Assembly (NCBI GenBank): GCA_951406725.2
Contig: OX597836.1
Location: forward strand, 48,608,001 to 48,672,000
Origin: Octopus vulgaris
Lineage: Eukaryota
Direction: 5' to 3'
DNA length: 64,000 nt
The notes under the pieces are model-generated. The model had not been told where the DNA came from. It did not search any database and saw only the letters and a program-made list of their open reading frames with translations. The position numbers were made by a program, and so were the translations under genes. Shown one piece after another: positions 13,541 to 26,602 of this stretch (position 1 is the stretch's first letter; the number at the start of each line of letters is the position of its first letter).

Positions 13541-14102
13541 TGACAGACTATTTTCCATCCAAGGTTTTTTTTTACATCCCAACATTTTACGTTATTATTT
13601 ATAATTTTGTCTACTGTGAGTTCAACTGCTAATAATAATAATAACAATAATAATAATAATAATAATAATAATGGTTTCAAATTTTGGCCCAAGTCCAGCA
13701 AGTTCGTGGGGAGGGGTTACATCAAGCCCAGCACTCAGCTGGTACTTATTTTACTGACCCTCAAAAGGATGAAAGACAAAGCTGACCTCAGCGGAATTTG
13801 AACCCAGAACGTTAAGCCAGAGGATCTGCTGCTAAGCATTCTGCCCAGCATACCAACAATTCTGTCAGCTCTCTGCCTCCATAATATAATGATAATAATA
13901 ATAATGGTTTACATTTTGGCAAAAAGCCAGAAATTTAGTTGATTACATGGACCCAAGTATCTGACTGGTATTGTACTTTATTGACCCTGAAGGGATGAAA
14001 GCAGACCTTGGTAGAATTGGAACTCAGAAAACATCTAGTCAGCAGAAATACTGCAAAACAGTTCTTCTGATGCTCTAATGATTCCACTAGCTCACTACTA
14101 CT

Positions 14103-14105
14103 ATA

Positions 14106-14160
<55 letters not shown>

Positions 14161-14246
14161 TAATGATAATAATAATGATAAAAATAATAATAATAATAAT
14201 GATAATAATAATGATAATGATAATAATAATAATGATAATAACAATA

Positions 14247-14277
<31 letters not shown>

Positions 14278-14378
14278 TAATAATGATAATAATAATAATA
14301 ATGATAATAATAATAATAATAATGATGATGATAATAATAATGATAATGATGATAATAATAATAATAATGATGATAATG

Positions 14379-14428
<50 letters not shown>

Positions 14429-14453
14429 AATAATGATAATAATAATAATAATA
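14103..14453. repeat. Long (AAT/GAT)n microsatellite
   Basis: ~350 bp of AAT interrupted by GAT; source of the poly-N and poly-I ORFs. Confidence 0.95.
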
Positions 14454-15010
14454 AATGCCCTGATGCAGTACCAGGCAGTGGCTCTCATGGCTTCTGATCT
14501 TAACTGATTGGAAGTGTTATCATGTACATTGTTTTGTCTTGGTATAAAAGATGGGCTACAGCAAATATTCTGCTCAATACCACAGATTTGCTTGTCAGTT
14601 GTTTGACCTTAACCAGTTGAGCATGTCTCTTAGTGGCTGATGATATGTGCATCTCTGATCACGAGCAGAAGTAGTGGGGGAGCATCATAGCCATGTGTTG
14701 AGAGGGATTCTTTGGGGTTTGAATAATTCACCTCTGGAAACATGGGTGGTTCTTTCAACATCCTTAAACAACCCTTATTCAGGGACCTTTTGAGCGGGAT
14801 GGGCTACTCAACCTGAAGAAAATTCTAACTGGGCTCCACCTGCAAGGTCATGTGCTGTTTATCTTGATATGAGATCACCATATCGCGCACATATGGTTGT
14901 CATGCATGTGCCTGGTGTACCCTTATCAGACGGGTAGTCATGATGGGTATATTGGGCTTCGTATATTTTACCCCAGTGTCACTTTGATGGCATGCACTGC
15001 TCTCTCACTC
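14454..15010. mobile_element. ~550-bp non-coding element embedded in (AAT)n (copies 8086-8627 and inverted ~3806-4075)
   Basis: Three homologous copies, each with AAT repeats on both sides. Confidence 0.85.
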
Positions 15011-15023
15011 AATAATAATAATA

Positions 15024-15055
<32 letters not shown>

Positions 15056-15846
15056 AATAATAATGGTTTCAAATTTTGCCACAAGGGCAGTAATTGGGGG
15101 GGGGGGATGAGTCAATTACATCAACCCCAGTGTTTGACCCATATTTAATTTATTGACCCTGAAAGGACTGAAAAGCAAAGCTGACCTCAGCAGAATTTAA
15201 AATCAGAATGTAAAAACAGATGAAAGGCCACTAAGCATTCTGCCTTGTGTGCTAGCCATTCTGCCATCTCACCAACCCCTTGATGATAACAACAACAACA
15301 ACTCTTTCTAATTTTGGCACAAGATGTGAAATTGTTTGTGGGGTGCAAGTTGACTACATCCACCCCAGTACTTGACTGGTACTTATTTTATTGACTCCAG
15401 AGGTTTGGAAAGCAAAGCTGACTTTGGCAGTATTTGAACTCAAAACATAAAGCACAAGAACAAATATCGCAAAGCAATTTTTTCCCTCAACTCAAATGAT
15501 TCTGCCAGTTTGCAAGGCTTGAGGGGAGGGGAACAGTTGACACCATTGTCTCCCCCACACACACACACACAGGTACATTATTTTACTGTCCCTGAATGGA
15601 GGCAAGGTAAAGCTGACCTTGGTAGGATTTGAACTCAGAATGGAACTAATGCCACAACACACTTTGTCTGATGCTCTACCAATTCTACCAAGCCACCACC
15701 ACCACCATCCTGACAACTGTTGTTTTATGCCTGCTTCCCTTGCTGATGTGGATTGGATCAGGAGAGGAACCACGTCTTACTCATCTCCTTTCTGGCCCTG
15801 GTTTCTATGGCTGGGGACACTTTTTCATCAACAACAACAACAACAA

Positions 15847-15972
15847 TATAATGGAGTGTCTGCTCAACATAATGGAATGTCTACTGAACAAAGTGGAGTG
15901 TCTACTTGACATATTGGAGTGTCTACTCAACATAATGGAGTGTCCACTCAACACTTTGGAGTGTCTACTCAC
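15847..15972. repeat. 21-bp tandem repeat x6 that includes the exon 15 donor
   Basis: Minus-strand unit (G/T)TGAGTAGACACTCCATTATG. Confidence 0.9.
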
Positions 15973-16101
15973 CCTTATTAACTGTCCAGTTTCCTCATTA
16001 TATTCCTCTTCAGAGAATGTCAGCTCCATGTCAGAAACATCATTTTCTTCAATGTATAAAATTTTGGTCTTGTAGAGTTCTGGATCATCAGTTTCAAAAT
16101 A
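15973..16101 (-). CDS. AREL1: AREL1-like exon 15 (HECT)
   Basis: YFETDDPELYKTKILYIEENDVSDMELTFSEEEYNEETGQLIR; CAG/GTGAGT. Confidence 0.97.
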
Positions 16102-16404
16102 CTGCAAAAATAAACAAATAAACAAAAAAAAGCACTGAAACACGAAAACTGATGGCAGAGTTATGAGTGTCGTCATCAATTAGGCCGAGGGAAGAGAATT
16201 TAGGATGATTAATTAAAAGTAGAATGGGAAACAGAAGGGAGCTGCAGGAACAAATTTAAAATTTAGTCAGGGGAAGAGAGACTAGTGTGTGTGTGTGTGT
16301 GTGTTTTGTGTGGTTATGTGTGTGTGTGTGTGTGTTTGAGTGTCTCTTAGAAGATGTTTGTTTTTATTTTGTATCAAACACAGATAATAACTGGCAATCC
16401 ATTA

Positions 16405-16718
16405 ATTACGACGATGAAGGTTTCAGTTGATCCGATCAATGCAACAACCTGCTCATGAAGTTAATGTGCAAGTGGCTGAGTACACCAAAGACACACGTAT
16501 CATTAACATAGTTCTGAGAGAGATTCGGTGTGACACAGACTGTGACAAACCTGGCCCTTTGAAATTCCAGGCACAACACATCTTTGCCAGCTGAGTGGAC
16601 TGGAGCAACGTGAAACAAAGTGTCTTGCTCAAGGCCTCAATGAGCCACTGCATTTTGAACTCACAATCTTATGATTGGGAGCCAAACACCCTAACCACAA
16701 GGCCATTGTGACTTCACA
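16405..16718 (-). mobile_element. Third tRNA-derived SINE family
   Basis: TGGCCTTGTGGTTAGGG A box, GAGTTCAA B box, CTTGAGCAAGACACTT central motif. Confidence 0.65.
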
Positions 16719-16936
16719 CAAAGATACAAAACCAAGAGAAACATGTAAAAGACAAAGTTAGAAACCCAGATAACAATTTTAATCCAATAATACAGAAAAA
16801 ATAATGAAATAAAAATGTTTTGAAGTTAGAATAAAAAAAAGACTGCTCACCTGATATGAAATGTTATAAATACTAATTTGAAAGAGAAATCTTGTCAACT
16901 TGGCCATTTCTCTGTCTTGTATAGGTATGCATATAT

Positions 16937-17167
16937 ATTTCTTTACTACCCACAAGGGGCTAAACATAGAGGGGACAAACAAGGACAGACAAAGGGATTA
17001 AGTCGACTACATCGACCCCAGTGCGTAACTGGTACTTAATTTATCGACCCCGAAAGGATAAAAGGCAAAGTCGACTTCGGCGGAATTTGAACTCACAATG
17101 TAACGACAGACGAAATACCGCTAAGCATTTCGCTCGGCGTGCTAACGTTTCTGCCAGCTCGCCGCCT
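16937..17167 (-). mobile_element. tRNA-derived SINE family B
   Basis: GGCGGCGAGCTGGCAGAAACGTTAGC...GAGTTCAAATTCCGCC head; copies ~24632-24865, ~47531-47753, ~56743-56932 and many older ones. Confidence 0.85.
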
Positions 17168-18012
17168 TTTATGGGTATGCATATAGATGTGTGTTTTATT
17201 GCTAGTCATCACTCTCCCTATCCCATTACTTCCTCTTCTATCACTCATTACTGAAACCCTTTACTTGCACCACTTTACCATCACTCATCTTCAATACTAT
17301 CCATCATGCTTCCCACATTATTCCCTCTTCCTCCATCACAGATTGTTGGTTTCCATCCATCCATCCTACCCTCTCTCTCTCTCTCTCCCTCTCATCAATC
17401 TCTCACCTTCACCACTCCATCTTTTTATCACCCTACCTTCAATATCATTCTCTCTTTCCTCAGGTTGTTTCTATCGAACCTCTTTACCAACAATCCTCAT
17501 ATAGCTGTCTATCACTCTCTATCTCTTCTTTTACTCTTTCCTCTTTCACCCTCTTGCCCGGCTTCTCTTTCATCCACCTCTCTTCACTCTACCTGTGCAA
17601 AGCACCCTCCAGTGATAAAATGACCAAACAAATGCAGAAAATGTAAGGAAGAGAGAACTCTTTGGTTTTTCTGGAGACAAGGGCAACCTTTCTGGTGCTT
17701 GTACCACAATATACCCATCTCCATTACACACCCTGTAAAGTGGTTAGCCAATGAATGTGAAGGGCCTATTGTGTTATTGTGTTTGCTGTTGCCATGACAA
17801 TAAAATTGCCTTCAGTTCCAAATGTAGCAGCATCAGGAATGCTAGAATTTTCAGAAAGGAATCCTTTTCTCACTTTCTCTGCTACTCACTCTTTCGATTC
17901 TCTCATTCGCTTCATTTAATTTGTCAAACATTTTTATGAAATTGGTCAACTCTATCTTTTTTTGGTTTTTAAAGAGAAATTAAGATTTTGTAACTTTGAA
18001 AAAAATTTTAAA

Positions 18013-18043
<31 letters not shown>

Positions 18044-18544
18044 ACACAAGTACAGAATGTGGCTAAGTAGTGTGTTTTACAATCATTCAGCCTCAGGTTC
18101 AATCCCTCCTCATGGCACTTGTACAAGTATCTTTTTACCACAGTTTCCAGTCAACTGATGCCTTGTGAGTGGAATTGGTAAGATGAAAACTGTGCAGAAG
18201 CCCATCAAATAGATTGTACTCCTGTAATTCAAAGGTTCACTCAGATCCCTAGCCATAGCCCCCTGTTCCAAATAACTGGAAGAACTGAAGTGTTCTACTC
18301 ACACAAAACCAACTTCACCCAGATGAAGTAGGTGACCTCTTTCTGATGATGGTTAACAAGAACCAACTAAATTGGCAGCCAAAAGAGTGGAAAATAGGAA
18401 AATTTGGCAAAAACTTACAGAACCAAAAACCAGAGTGGCTTTTCTTTGCAGTTAATAATGATGATGATGTTGATGATGATGATGTTGATGGTGACAATGA
18501 TGATGTTTCTTAATTAATTTATTTTAAAATAAATTTTGTCTCAC

Positions 18545-18724
18545 CTTGTAATTGACACGTAAACCAATGAGTTGGGCAAGGAATGATCGGGAGAATTTGG
18601 CCTTCACCAGCTGTTTGTAGGTACCACCCAGGGACGACTCATAGAGGCATTTGGCAACTATCTTGCCGGCAAATTCATAGTATTTTGGCTTCTGTGTTAG
18701 CAGACGTTTGTTATTGGGGTGGAC
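18545..18724 (-). CDS. AREL1: AREL1-like exon 14 (HECT)
   Basis: VHPNN...YEFAGKIVAKCLYESSLGGTYKQLVKAKFSRSFLAQLIGLRVNYK, close to human AREL1. Confidence 0.97.
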
Positions 18725-20065
18725 CTGTGGAGAAGGAAAAAAAAGAGAGAAAACTGAGATTGGAAGAGAGTGGAGAGTAAGGAAGGAAGGAGAGAGGGAG
18801 AAATTATATAGATGAGGAGGAGGAGGAAAACATGGGAAAGGAATGAAGAAAAAGAGTAAAGTGGTGGGGGGAAAGGAATGACAAGAGGAGGGGGAGGAGA
18901 AAGCTGTATGAGTGAGAGGGAAAAATAGAGAGGAATATGATAAAAGATGAAGACAAAGGAAGAATGTGATTATAGAGAAAAGAGAGAGGGGGAGGGAGAA
19001 GATGGAAGAGAAGGAAGATGAAGAAAACAGACACACCAACTACAAAAAATATGGAAAGTGAAAGTAGAGAGAAAAAATTTGTAATTGATTATGCTGTTGT
19101 TGTTTTTAGCTATAATCATTAATCTTGTTAATCATTAATCTTCATCATTTGATTGATGTTTGAACAGTGACCACTTCTTGTCTTTTATTTCAAAGATATT
19201 CTAGAATTTAGAACTGGAAGTTAAAGGAAACAGATGCTACAAGCCATGATGTTTCCTTAACCAATAATTAGGTGCCTAGAGAACAATTGTGGTCCTGGGT
19301 AGGGATTTCTGGAGGGCAAGAAAGGCACATAACATATACTTTACATTAGAATTCTAATTAAAATCAGAAAGTGAAAAGTAAAAAGTTCAACAACCTTTAT
19401 GTATTTCAGGCACAAAGGCCCAGCATCAGATGGGTCCATGTGAAGAGAACCTTATTTCTCAGCCGGGTACACAGCTTTAATAGGGAGGTAGGCAGGAAGT
19501 GGATTAGGTCAGAATCATTAGAATATTGGATAAAATATTTCACTGTGTTTGTTCCATCTGTCTGTAGTCAGAGCTGGAATGCCAAGGAGACCAACTTCAC
19601 CTTTCTACAGATAATCCTTTCTACTCTAGGCACAGGGGTGGGGGTGATTATAATGACCCCAGTATGCAACTGGTACTTATTTAATCAACCCCCAAAAGGA
19701 TGAAAGGCAAAGTAAAACTTGGCAGCATTTGAACCCAGAACATTAGAAGTCAGCAGAAATGCCTGGAATGCTAATAATTCTGCTAGTTCCTCGTACGTCC
19801 TGTCTTTTTCTGGAAGGAAACAGCTGTAGTCAGACCTTGAAAGGGGTGGATTCATCCGGGTTTCATAAGTTGTCCAAGACATGCTGTACTTTATGATGAA
19901 GTCTCTATGACTCTGTCAGGACTTGAGGATCCAAGCACCTGGATAAGGTATTTATCCAGGTGCACACTTACACACACCACAAACATTAATTGAGTGATGT
20001 AATTCATACACACAATACAGATGCACACACACGCACCAACACACCACTTACTGAAGTTTACTCAC

Positions 20066-20181
20066 CAGACCTTGTGAATCATCTGCTGCAAATCTTTTGA
20101 AAAGGCCTGAAGCATTTGGATCAAACAGTTCCGTACACAAAATTTCAAACCATTCTCGTCTCAGCCCACCCCAGTCCAGAC
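20066..20181 (-). CDS. AREL1: AREL1-like exon 13 (HECT)
   Basis: LDWGGLRREWFEILCTELFD, HECT DxGGxxREWF signature. Confidence 0.97.
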
Positions 20182-20817
20182 CTAAAAAGTAAACAAACAT
20201 GGTCATTAGCAACAGGTCAGCAGAGGTGAGCAATGTTAGCAATGGTCAGCAGAGAAAGAAAGTCAATGAAAGAGCATTCATGGAATCACAAAAAATATGC
20301 TAGAAATAGCAACCAAATCTCTCTCAAATCACAATAAGGAAGGATGTTGAATCATGTAAACCTAGAAAGATATTTATGTCTTCATGAGGGAAAAAAACCC
20401 AAACAAACAAACAAGATAGCAACGGTTGCCATGACTCAACAATGGTTGCCATGACTCCCAATTTTAGTGACACAAAAAGGAAGGATTAATTGGATAAGAG
20501 AGTCTGAGATTGGGATGACAAAAGGATGGGATGACTGAATCAGAAGGGATTTGATCATAGGTTGGACTATTTGATCATAGGCTGGCCTGGGGCTGAAGAA
20601 CAAGTAGAAATTAGAAAATGTTCAAGGTGGAATGCAGAAGAAATATGGAATGACACAAAAGACTTTTTTTAGCAAGAAAAAGTAGACTGAGAAGAGAACA
20701 AGAGAAGAAAGAATGGCAGCCAAAGATGAGGAAGAGGAAGAGAAGATGTGGATGAAGAGGATAGGAACAATTTAAGAGAAGTATGCACTTAAAAAAACAA
20801 ATAAGAATAAAAGTTAC

Positions 20818-20893
20818 CTTCTTCTCCAAAGAATGTGATTTCAAAATTCCGACACCAATCTGATACGTCGAAATTTTTGGTGACTTTGTAGGA
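20818..20893 (-). CDS. AREL1: AREL1-like exon 12 (HECT N-terminus)
   Basis: SYKVTKNFDVSDWCRNFEITFFGEE-G; CAG/GTAACT. Confidence 0.95.
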
Positions 20894-21543
20894 CTGAAAA
20901 TGGCAAAAGGAAAATGAGAAATCAAGTGAGAGTGTGTATATATACTGCCTAACTTATGCCAGCATGGAAAGCGGATGTTAAAAGATGATGATGATGATGA
21001 TGATATATATATGTGGGGGTGGGGGTAGGGTGCATATACACATTCACACACACATTTTACATATGTATTATGATCTCTCTCAGGTCTAGTGATACTAAGT
21101 AACCAGTTGTTAGAACACAATAGACTTTATGCTTTGGAGTAAAGCATTTGGCAAGTACAGAGAATGATATCACTGAATGACTGACAAAAGAACAGGAGTC
21201 ATGTGATCACCACACACAGACACTCACATCATCATCGTCTGATATCCATTTTCCAGGCTGGCATGGATTGGACACACACACACACACGCACACACACACA
21301 CACACACATGCACACGCCTCTCCCATACATAGATATTTCAGAGTTGATATTCTCCAACCGAAACTCACAGATGAACACAAGGACTTCTTTTACAAAGCTC
21401 CTTCCACAGATTACCTCAAAGACAAATGACAGCCAAGCTGGACTTGGCAGATGAAGCAAAACAACAATATATACTCCACAACCACAGGAGGGGGGGGACT
21501 GTCAGTATTTGGGATGCAAAGGAACGGTAAGACTACCACTTAC

Positions 21544-21665
21544 ACTCTGTAAAATGCTGTGCCGGTTGGTTGTGAATTGTAAGCGGTCATGGGCTCGTTT
21601 GTGGTGAAGCTGACGGATCTCATGATTAAAGAAATTCTGCTTATCCTGGAACGTCTCGGATCCTC
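21544..21665 (-). CDS. AREL1: AREL1-like exon 11
   Basis: (G)GSETFQDKQNFFNHEIRQLHHKRAHDRLQFTTNRHSILQS; AG/GT in phase. Confidence 0.95.
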
Positions 21666-23195
21666 CTGGAACGAAAATTTAAAAAAGCTCATTGCAAACA
21701 GTAACAAAGATACCCTCTCATTTTCCATGCTTGTGTGGGTCAGGTGAAATTCAGGGAGGGCAGAATTTCTACAGCCAGATGCCCTTCCTGTCACCAACCC
21801 TTACTGTTTTCATGCAAGGTAATATTTCCCCATGGCCAGGCATGGCTTTGCAGAACATTAGAAATGAATATTTACAACAATCATGTGAGGTGCAAACATA
21901 CACACACTCACACAAAATATATATAATGGGCTTCTTTCAGTTTCCATCCACCAAATCCACTCATACAGTTTTGGTCAGACCAGGTGTATAGTAGAAGACA
22001 CTTGCCTAAAATGCCATGCAGTGGGCCTGAAACTGGAACCATGTGGTTTGGAAGCAAGCTTCTTAACCACACAGACGTTCCTGTGCTTAGAAATATTTAA
22101 ATTTACATAAAACTTGAAAAGAAAAAAAAAATCAGAAAAAGCCAAGTTTCCAGAAAATAAAAGAAGAAAAGAGTTTTTATTAAATGCAAAATGAAATCTC
22201 AGAGTCTGAGGAAAGAGAAGCGCGTGAGTCTTCATCTTTTAATTTTTGCTTCTTTCCAGCATTGAACTGTTGTGGCCATGCTGGAGTACTGCAGTGAAAG
22301 AATTTAGTTGTGTAAATTGACCTCAGTTTTCAAAGGTTGGTATTATTTTATCAGTTTCTTTTGATGAATTGCTCAGTAATGTGAGACATAAACAAACCAA
22401 CTTTGGTTATCAATTGCTGTGCATGTACGAAACCCAAACACACACACAACCATCTGATGGGCTTCCACATAGTTTCCATTTACCAGATCCAAGGCATTGG
22501 CTGGCCTAGGGTTATAGCAGAAGATGCTTGTCCAACAAATTCATATAAGTTCATAGTTGACTCTCTCTCCATCCCATCCCTCCAGTTGTGCATGGAATAC
22601 CAGTAATACAATGGGAGTTAAAGGTTAAATTCATAAGCCATGGAATGAGCCACAATGTAACCACTCAACATGCTAGAAATAACAGTCAAATCATTCTCAA
22701 GACATTAAATAATATGGTCCAAGATAGTCTTAAAAGAAAAACAAAGAGTGGGTCATGGTTGGAATGATGGTGAGAAGCAGCACCACTGCCGCTGTCACCA
22801 TCACCACCTTATTCCTTACAATTATGTGACCTTAAGACTGTCACTGACAGTGAGCCAAGAAGGGAGCATGGTATGTGGTCATTCCAGCTGTTAGAAATAA
22901 CAGCCTCATCTCCCTCCAGTACCACTCAAATTCTCTTAGATAAAAACAGAAGGACACAGTTTCATTGTGACCCTTGATATTCCAAAGAAGACAAGACAGT
23001 TGTCTTTATGCCTGTTCAACCAGGACAGACTCAGGGCTAAACAACAATAACAGTTCATCCCCCCCCCTACTCCTTATGACTCTGTCTTCTTTGTGACTTA
23101 TGATGGCGCTGAGCCAACAAGAGAACAACTGTGTGGTTACTTGGCCTACTAGAAATAGCAGCCAATTCCCTCTCAAATCATATCATACTATTTTA

Positions 23196-23918
23196 GGTAA
23201 TTTTTCAGAGTAACACCCGAATGATTTTCACTATTTAAAAAAAAAAACCAACAAAAACTAGGATATTTTGTGTGGAATCAAGTACCCTGACCTCCTAATA
23301 TGCTGCAAATCCCTTATTTTGGTTCAGGAAAAGGGGAGAAGGGGGTCTCCCCACCCCCTGGTCCCAGATTCATTGGAATTTTTTTTTTCATTGAATGAAT
23401 TCCTGTAACATCCTAATATGCTACAAAACTCTTTTTGGGGTCCAAAAAACAGAGTGGGAGTGAGGTGGAAGCCTCGGAAATTTCACCCACCCCTACCCCC
23501 ATTGATCTTTTCACCAGCACGATTTTCACTAAGGAAAAAAATATTTCCAATGAATCCGGGACGGATTTCCCTAACCCTAATCCTAAAACTCTAACCCTGA
23601 AAAGATCAATGGGGGTAAGGGTGAGTGAAATTTCCAAGGCTACCACCTCACCCAACTCCATTTTTCGGACCCCAAAAGGGGTTTTGTAGCATATTAGGGT
23701 GTCACAGGAATTCATTCAATGAAAAAAAAAAAAAAAAAAGTTTCCAATGAATCTGGGACCTGGGGGTGGTTTCCCCTTCACATCCCTCCCCTTTCCAAAC
23801 CAAAATAAGGGATTTGCAGCATATCAGGAGGTCAGGGTACTTGATTCCAAGCAGAAAATCCAAGTTTTTTCTTTTTTTCTTAGTGAAAATCATGCGGGTG
23901 TTACTCTGAAAAATTACC
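23196..23918. mobile_element. Foldback MITE, Merlin-like termini
   Basis: ~320-bp TIRs starting GGTAA; 8-bp TSD CTATTTTA/TTATTTTA (1 mismatch); CCCTAA-like spacer. Confidence 0.85.
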
Positions 23919-24098
23919 TTATTTTAAAATGACACATTGGATATTGTAGTCCTTGATAAACTGTGTTTGGAAAGAAAATGTGTTATGACTGGACAGCCTA
24001 TGACAAGGATGACCTGGGGCTAAACAACAACAACTGCTGCTGCTACACCGCCATCTCCCCTTATTGAATTAAATCAGTGAATGAAAGCAAGAATTTAC

Positions 24099-24243
24099 CG
24101 ATGTTCTTCAGTAAGAAACTGGTAAAAGTGGCAGCAATGATGTTGCGTTCTTTGGCCGCTAGGACAACAGGGGGTTGCGAACCATCGTCTATGGTGAAGA
24201 CAGGCTCGTTATCGTACTGGTTGACGAAGCCATTGAAGTAAAA
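24099..24243 (-). CDS. AREL1: AREL1-like exon 10
   Basis: ...TIDDGSQPPVVLAAKERNIIAATFTSFLLKNIG resembles human VVDDGIQPPVELSCKERNILAATFIRSLHKNIG. Confidence 0.95.
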
Positions 24244-24585
24244 CTGGAAAAGAAAAGCGGAGTGGGGGAAGAAAAAAATGAATTCCAGGGAGAAATAAGG
24301 AACTGAGGAGAGATGGCATATTTGGAACGGAGAAGAGAGGTGAATGAGAGATAAAAAGTGATTGGTGGGGAAAATGAGGGGAGGGGAAGGACGTACATAC
24401 ATTCATACATACATATATTCTCCTCTAAAATGGAGACAAGTACCAACGTTCTCAGGTAAAAGCTTGATAATTGTAAGGAGAGATTCCTCTTTACGTGAAA
24501 CCATTGGTAACCTTGTTAAGCCACAAATAATGAATATTTATCCACCACTGCAGTGTTGAGCACTCATTCTCACTGTTTGATATTA

Positions 24586-24618
<33 letters not shown>

Positions 24619-25038
24619 TATATATATATATTTCGTTATTGTCCACACGGGGCTAAACATAGAGGGGGGACAAACAAGGACAGACAAAGGGATTAAGTTG
24701 ATTACATCGAACCCAGTGTGTAATGGGTACTTATTACTTATTTAATTGACCCCGAAAGGGTGAAAGGCAAAGTCAACCTTGGTGGAATGTGAACTCAGAA
24801 TGTAACAGAAGTCGAAATACCACTCAGCATTTTGCCAGGCGTCCTAATGATTCTGCCAGCTTGCAACCATACATATATATATATATAGATGACAGAGAAA
24901 TTGTTAGGTAGGAGAGGGGTAGAGTGGGAAGGAAAGGGGTTGAGTGGAAGCGAGAAGAAAAAGTTGGAGGCAAAACTGAGAATTGTGAGAATGAAAGACA
25001 TTTCAATATTGTTTCTCATCTAAATTTTTATAATTAAA

Positions 25039-25533
25039 CTAGCAGTATCGCCTGGCATTGCTCGGGTTTGTAAGGGAAATAACTATATAGGCATTTTTAG
25101 AAAGTTATAGCCAAAAAATAGCAAAAAAATGCATTAAAAATGGAAAAAAAATTATGGTAAATTTTTTTTTAAATCGTTGACTCATCGTAGACATTTTTAG
25201 AGAGTTACTTCCCTTATATAATAGCGAAAAAATGCATTAAAATGGAAAAAAATGATGGTAAATTTTTTTAAAATCATTGACTCATCGTAGACATTTTCAG
25301 AGAGTTACTTCCCTTATATAATAGCGAAAAATGCATTAAAATGGAAAAAATGATGGTAAATTTTTTTTAAATCGTAGACTCATCGTAGACGCGCACTAAT
25401 ACCCAGAAGGGCTCGATATGAATCACGACTATAAGATACTCGGTTTTGGTTAAACTGCACTGCAAAATGTGGGAGTAGTTAGGAATTTAAATCGTAGGAG
25501 ACAGACACACAACTTGACTTTTATATATAAAGA
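25039..25533 (-). mobile_element. Non-autonomous Helitron with internal ~90-bp tandem repeats
   Basis: A|TCTTTATATATAAAA 5' end, CCCGAGCAATGCCAGG hairpin, CTAG|T 3' end; about three internal direct repeats. Confidence 0.85.
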
Positions 25534-26524
25534 TTAACCACTTTTCTATTTTTCTGATGATTATAAGATGCTTTCTAGTAAGAACTAAACATGGACAAAG
25601 ATGGACCATATTTGGTGACATTTAGGATGCATAAGCATAAAAGATGCACCCCAATTTCAGCAGCTCATATTCAGGAAGTAAAATAGTTAAAGCATATATT
25701 ACAGGCTGAACTTTGCATATGGGAGGACCTAGAGTGAGTCTTTCGAGACATTGGAACAAATGATGTGCATCTTATAAGCCATCAAATGTCGCATGTGGGG
25801 AGGATGCAATTGGTGGATTTGAGAAGGGAAATAATACTGGCCAAAACACATGGTGATGAATGTGGTAAAACTGGGATATACAAGGTAGGAAACAAAAATA
25901 GCTGGGGTAAAATTGGGGGTGGGAAATGAGGTAAGGTATCATTTGTAGCCAAAAAAAGGGGGGGGTAATCCTGGTGAATTTGAGGTAAAACTGAGAGGGT
26001 ACTGGGTCGAAGATGGAAGAGATGTGTATTTGATATAAACAAACTTAGGAAGCATTGAATGTCTTTGGTAGTTTACAGACATGAAAGTAAATTTCGAAAG
26101 CAGAGGGGTAAGGATTCGAATCCTTTCGCCACCTGTTGGTAACTCTTTTTCTGTCTTATAAAGGTAAATACCCCAAAAATTACAATGAAAGGAAATTGAG
26201 ACAGATGGTACAATTTAAGGGAAATGTGCTTTTGAGGTAAACCTGGAGGGTCATCATGTTGACATTGAGCTAGCATTATGGGGAGGGGTCATCATCACCA
26301 ACATCATTTCTATGCTGTCCTGTCATAAGATGGATGAAACTCCTTAAATTAATGTTCTATGGCTAGATGCCATAGAACATTCTTTAATGCTCTAAAACCA
26401 TGTTTTTCTTGAATATGAGCTGCTGGAATCGAACTGCTTCTTATACACTCGTGCATATTTTATGCCAAGAAAAACAGTTTTTTATTTACAGATTGTAGAA
26501 AAATAAAAAAAGTAAACATCTTAC

Positions 26525-26602
26525 CTTAGTTGATGGACAAACACGGAATGTAAAAAGCTTTTTTGAGAATAAGAAGAAATAATATTCTTTCAGTGTTAAT
26601 TG
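26525..26602 (-). CDS. AREL1: AREL1-like exon 9
   Basis: QLTLKEYYFFLFSKKLFTFRVCPSTK resembles human QFSVKEFYLKIIPWRLYTFRVCPGTK. Confidence 0.93.

Noticed and set aside
13200-13701. Gly-, Pro- and His-rich ORFs
   Set aside because: All frames derive from the 30-bp minisatellite
14078-14507. Poly-Asn and poly-Ile ORFs of 126-139 aa
   Set aside because: Translations of the AAT/GAT microsatellite inside an intron
25090-25390. Regular direct repeats resembling a CRISPR array
   Set aside because: Tandem units without unique spacers inside a eukaryotic Helitron; no cas genes
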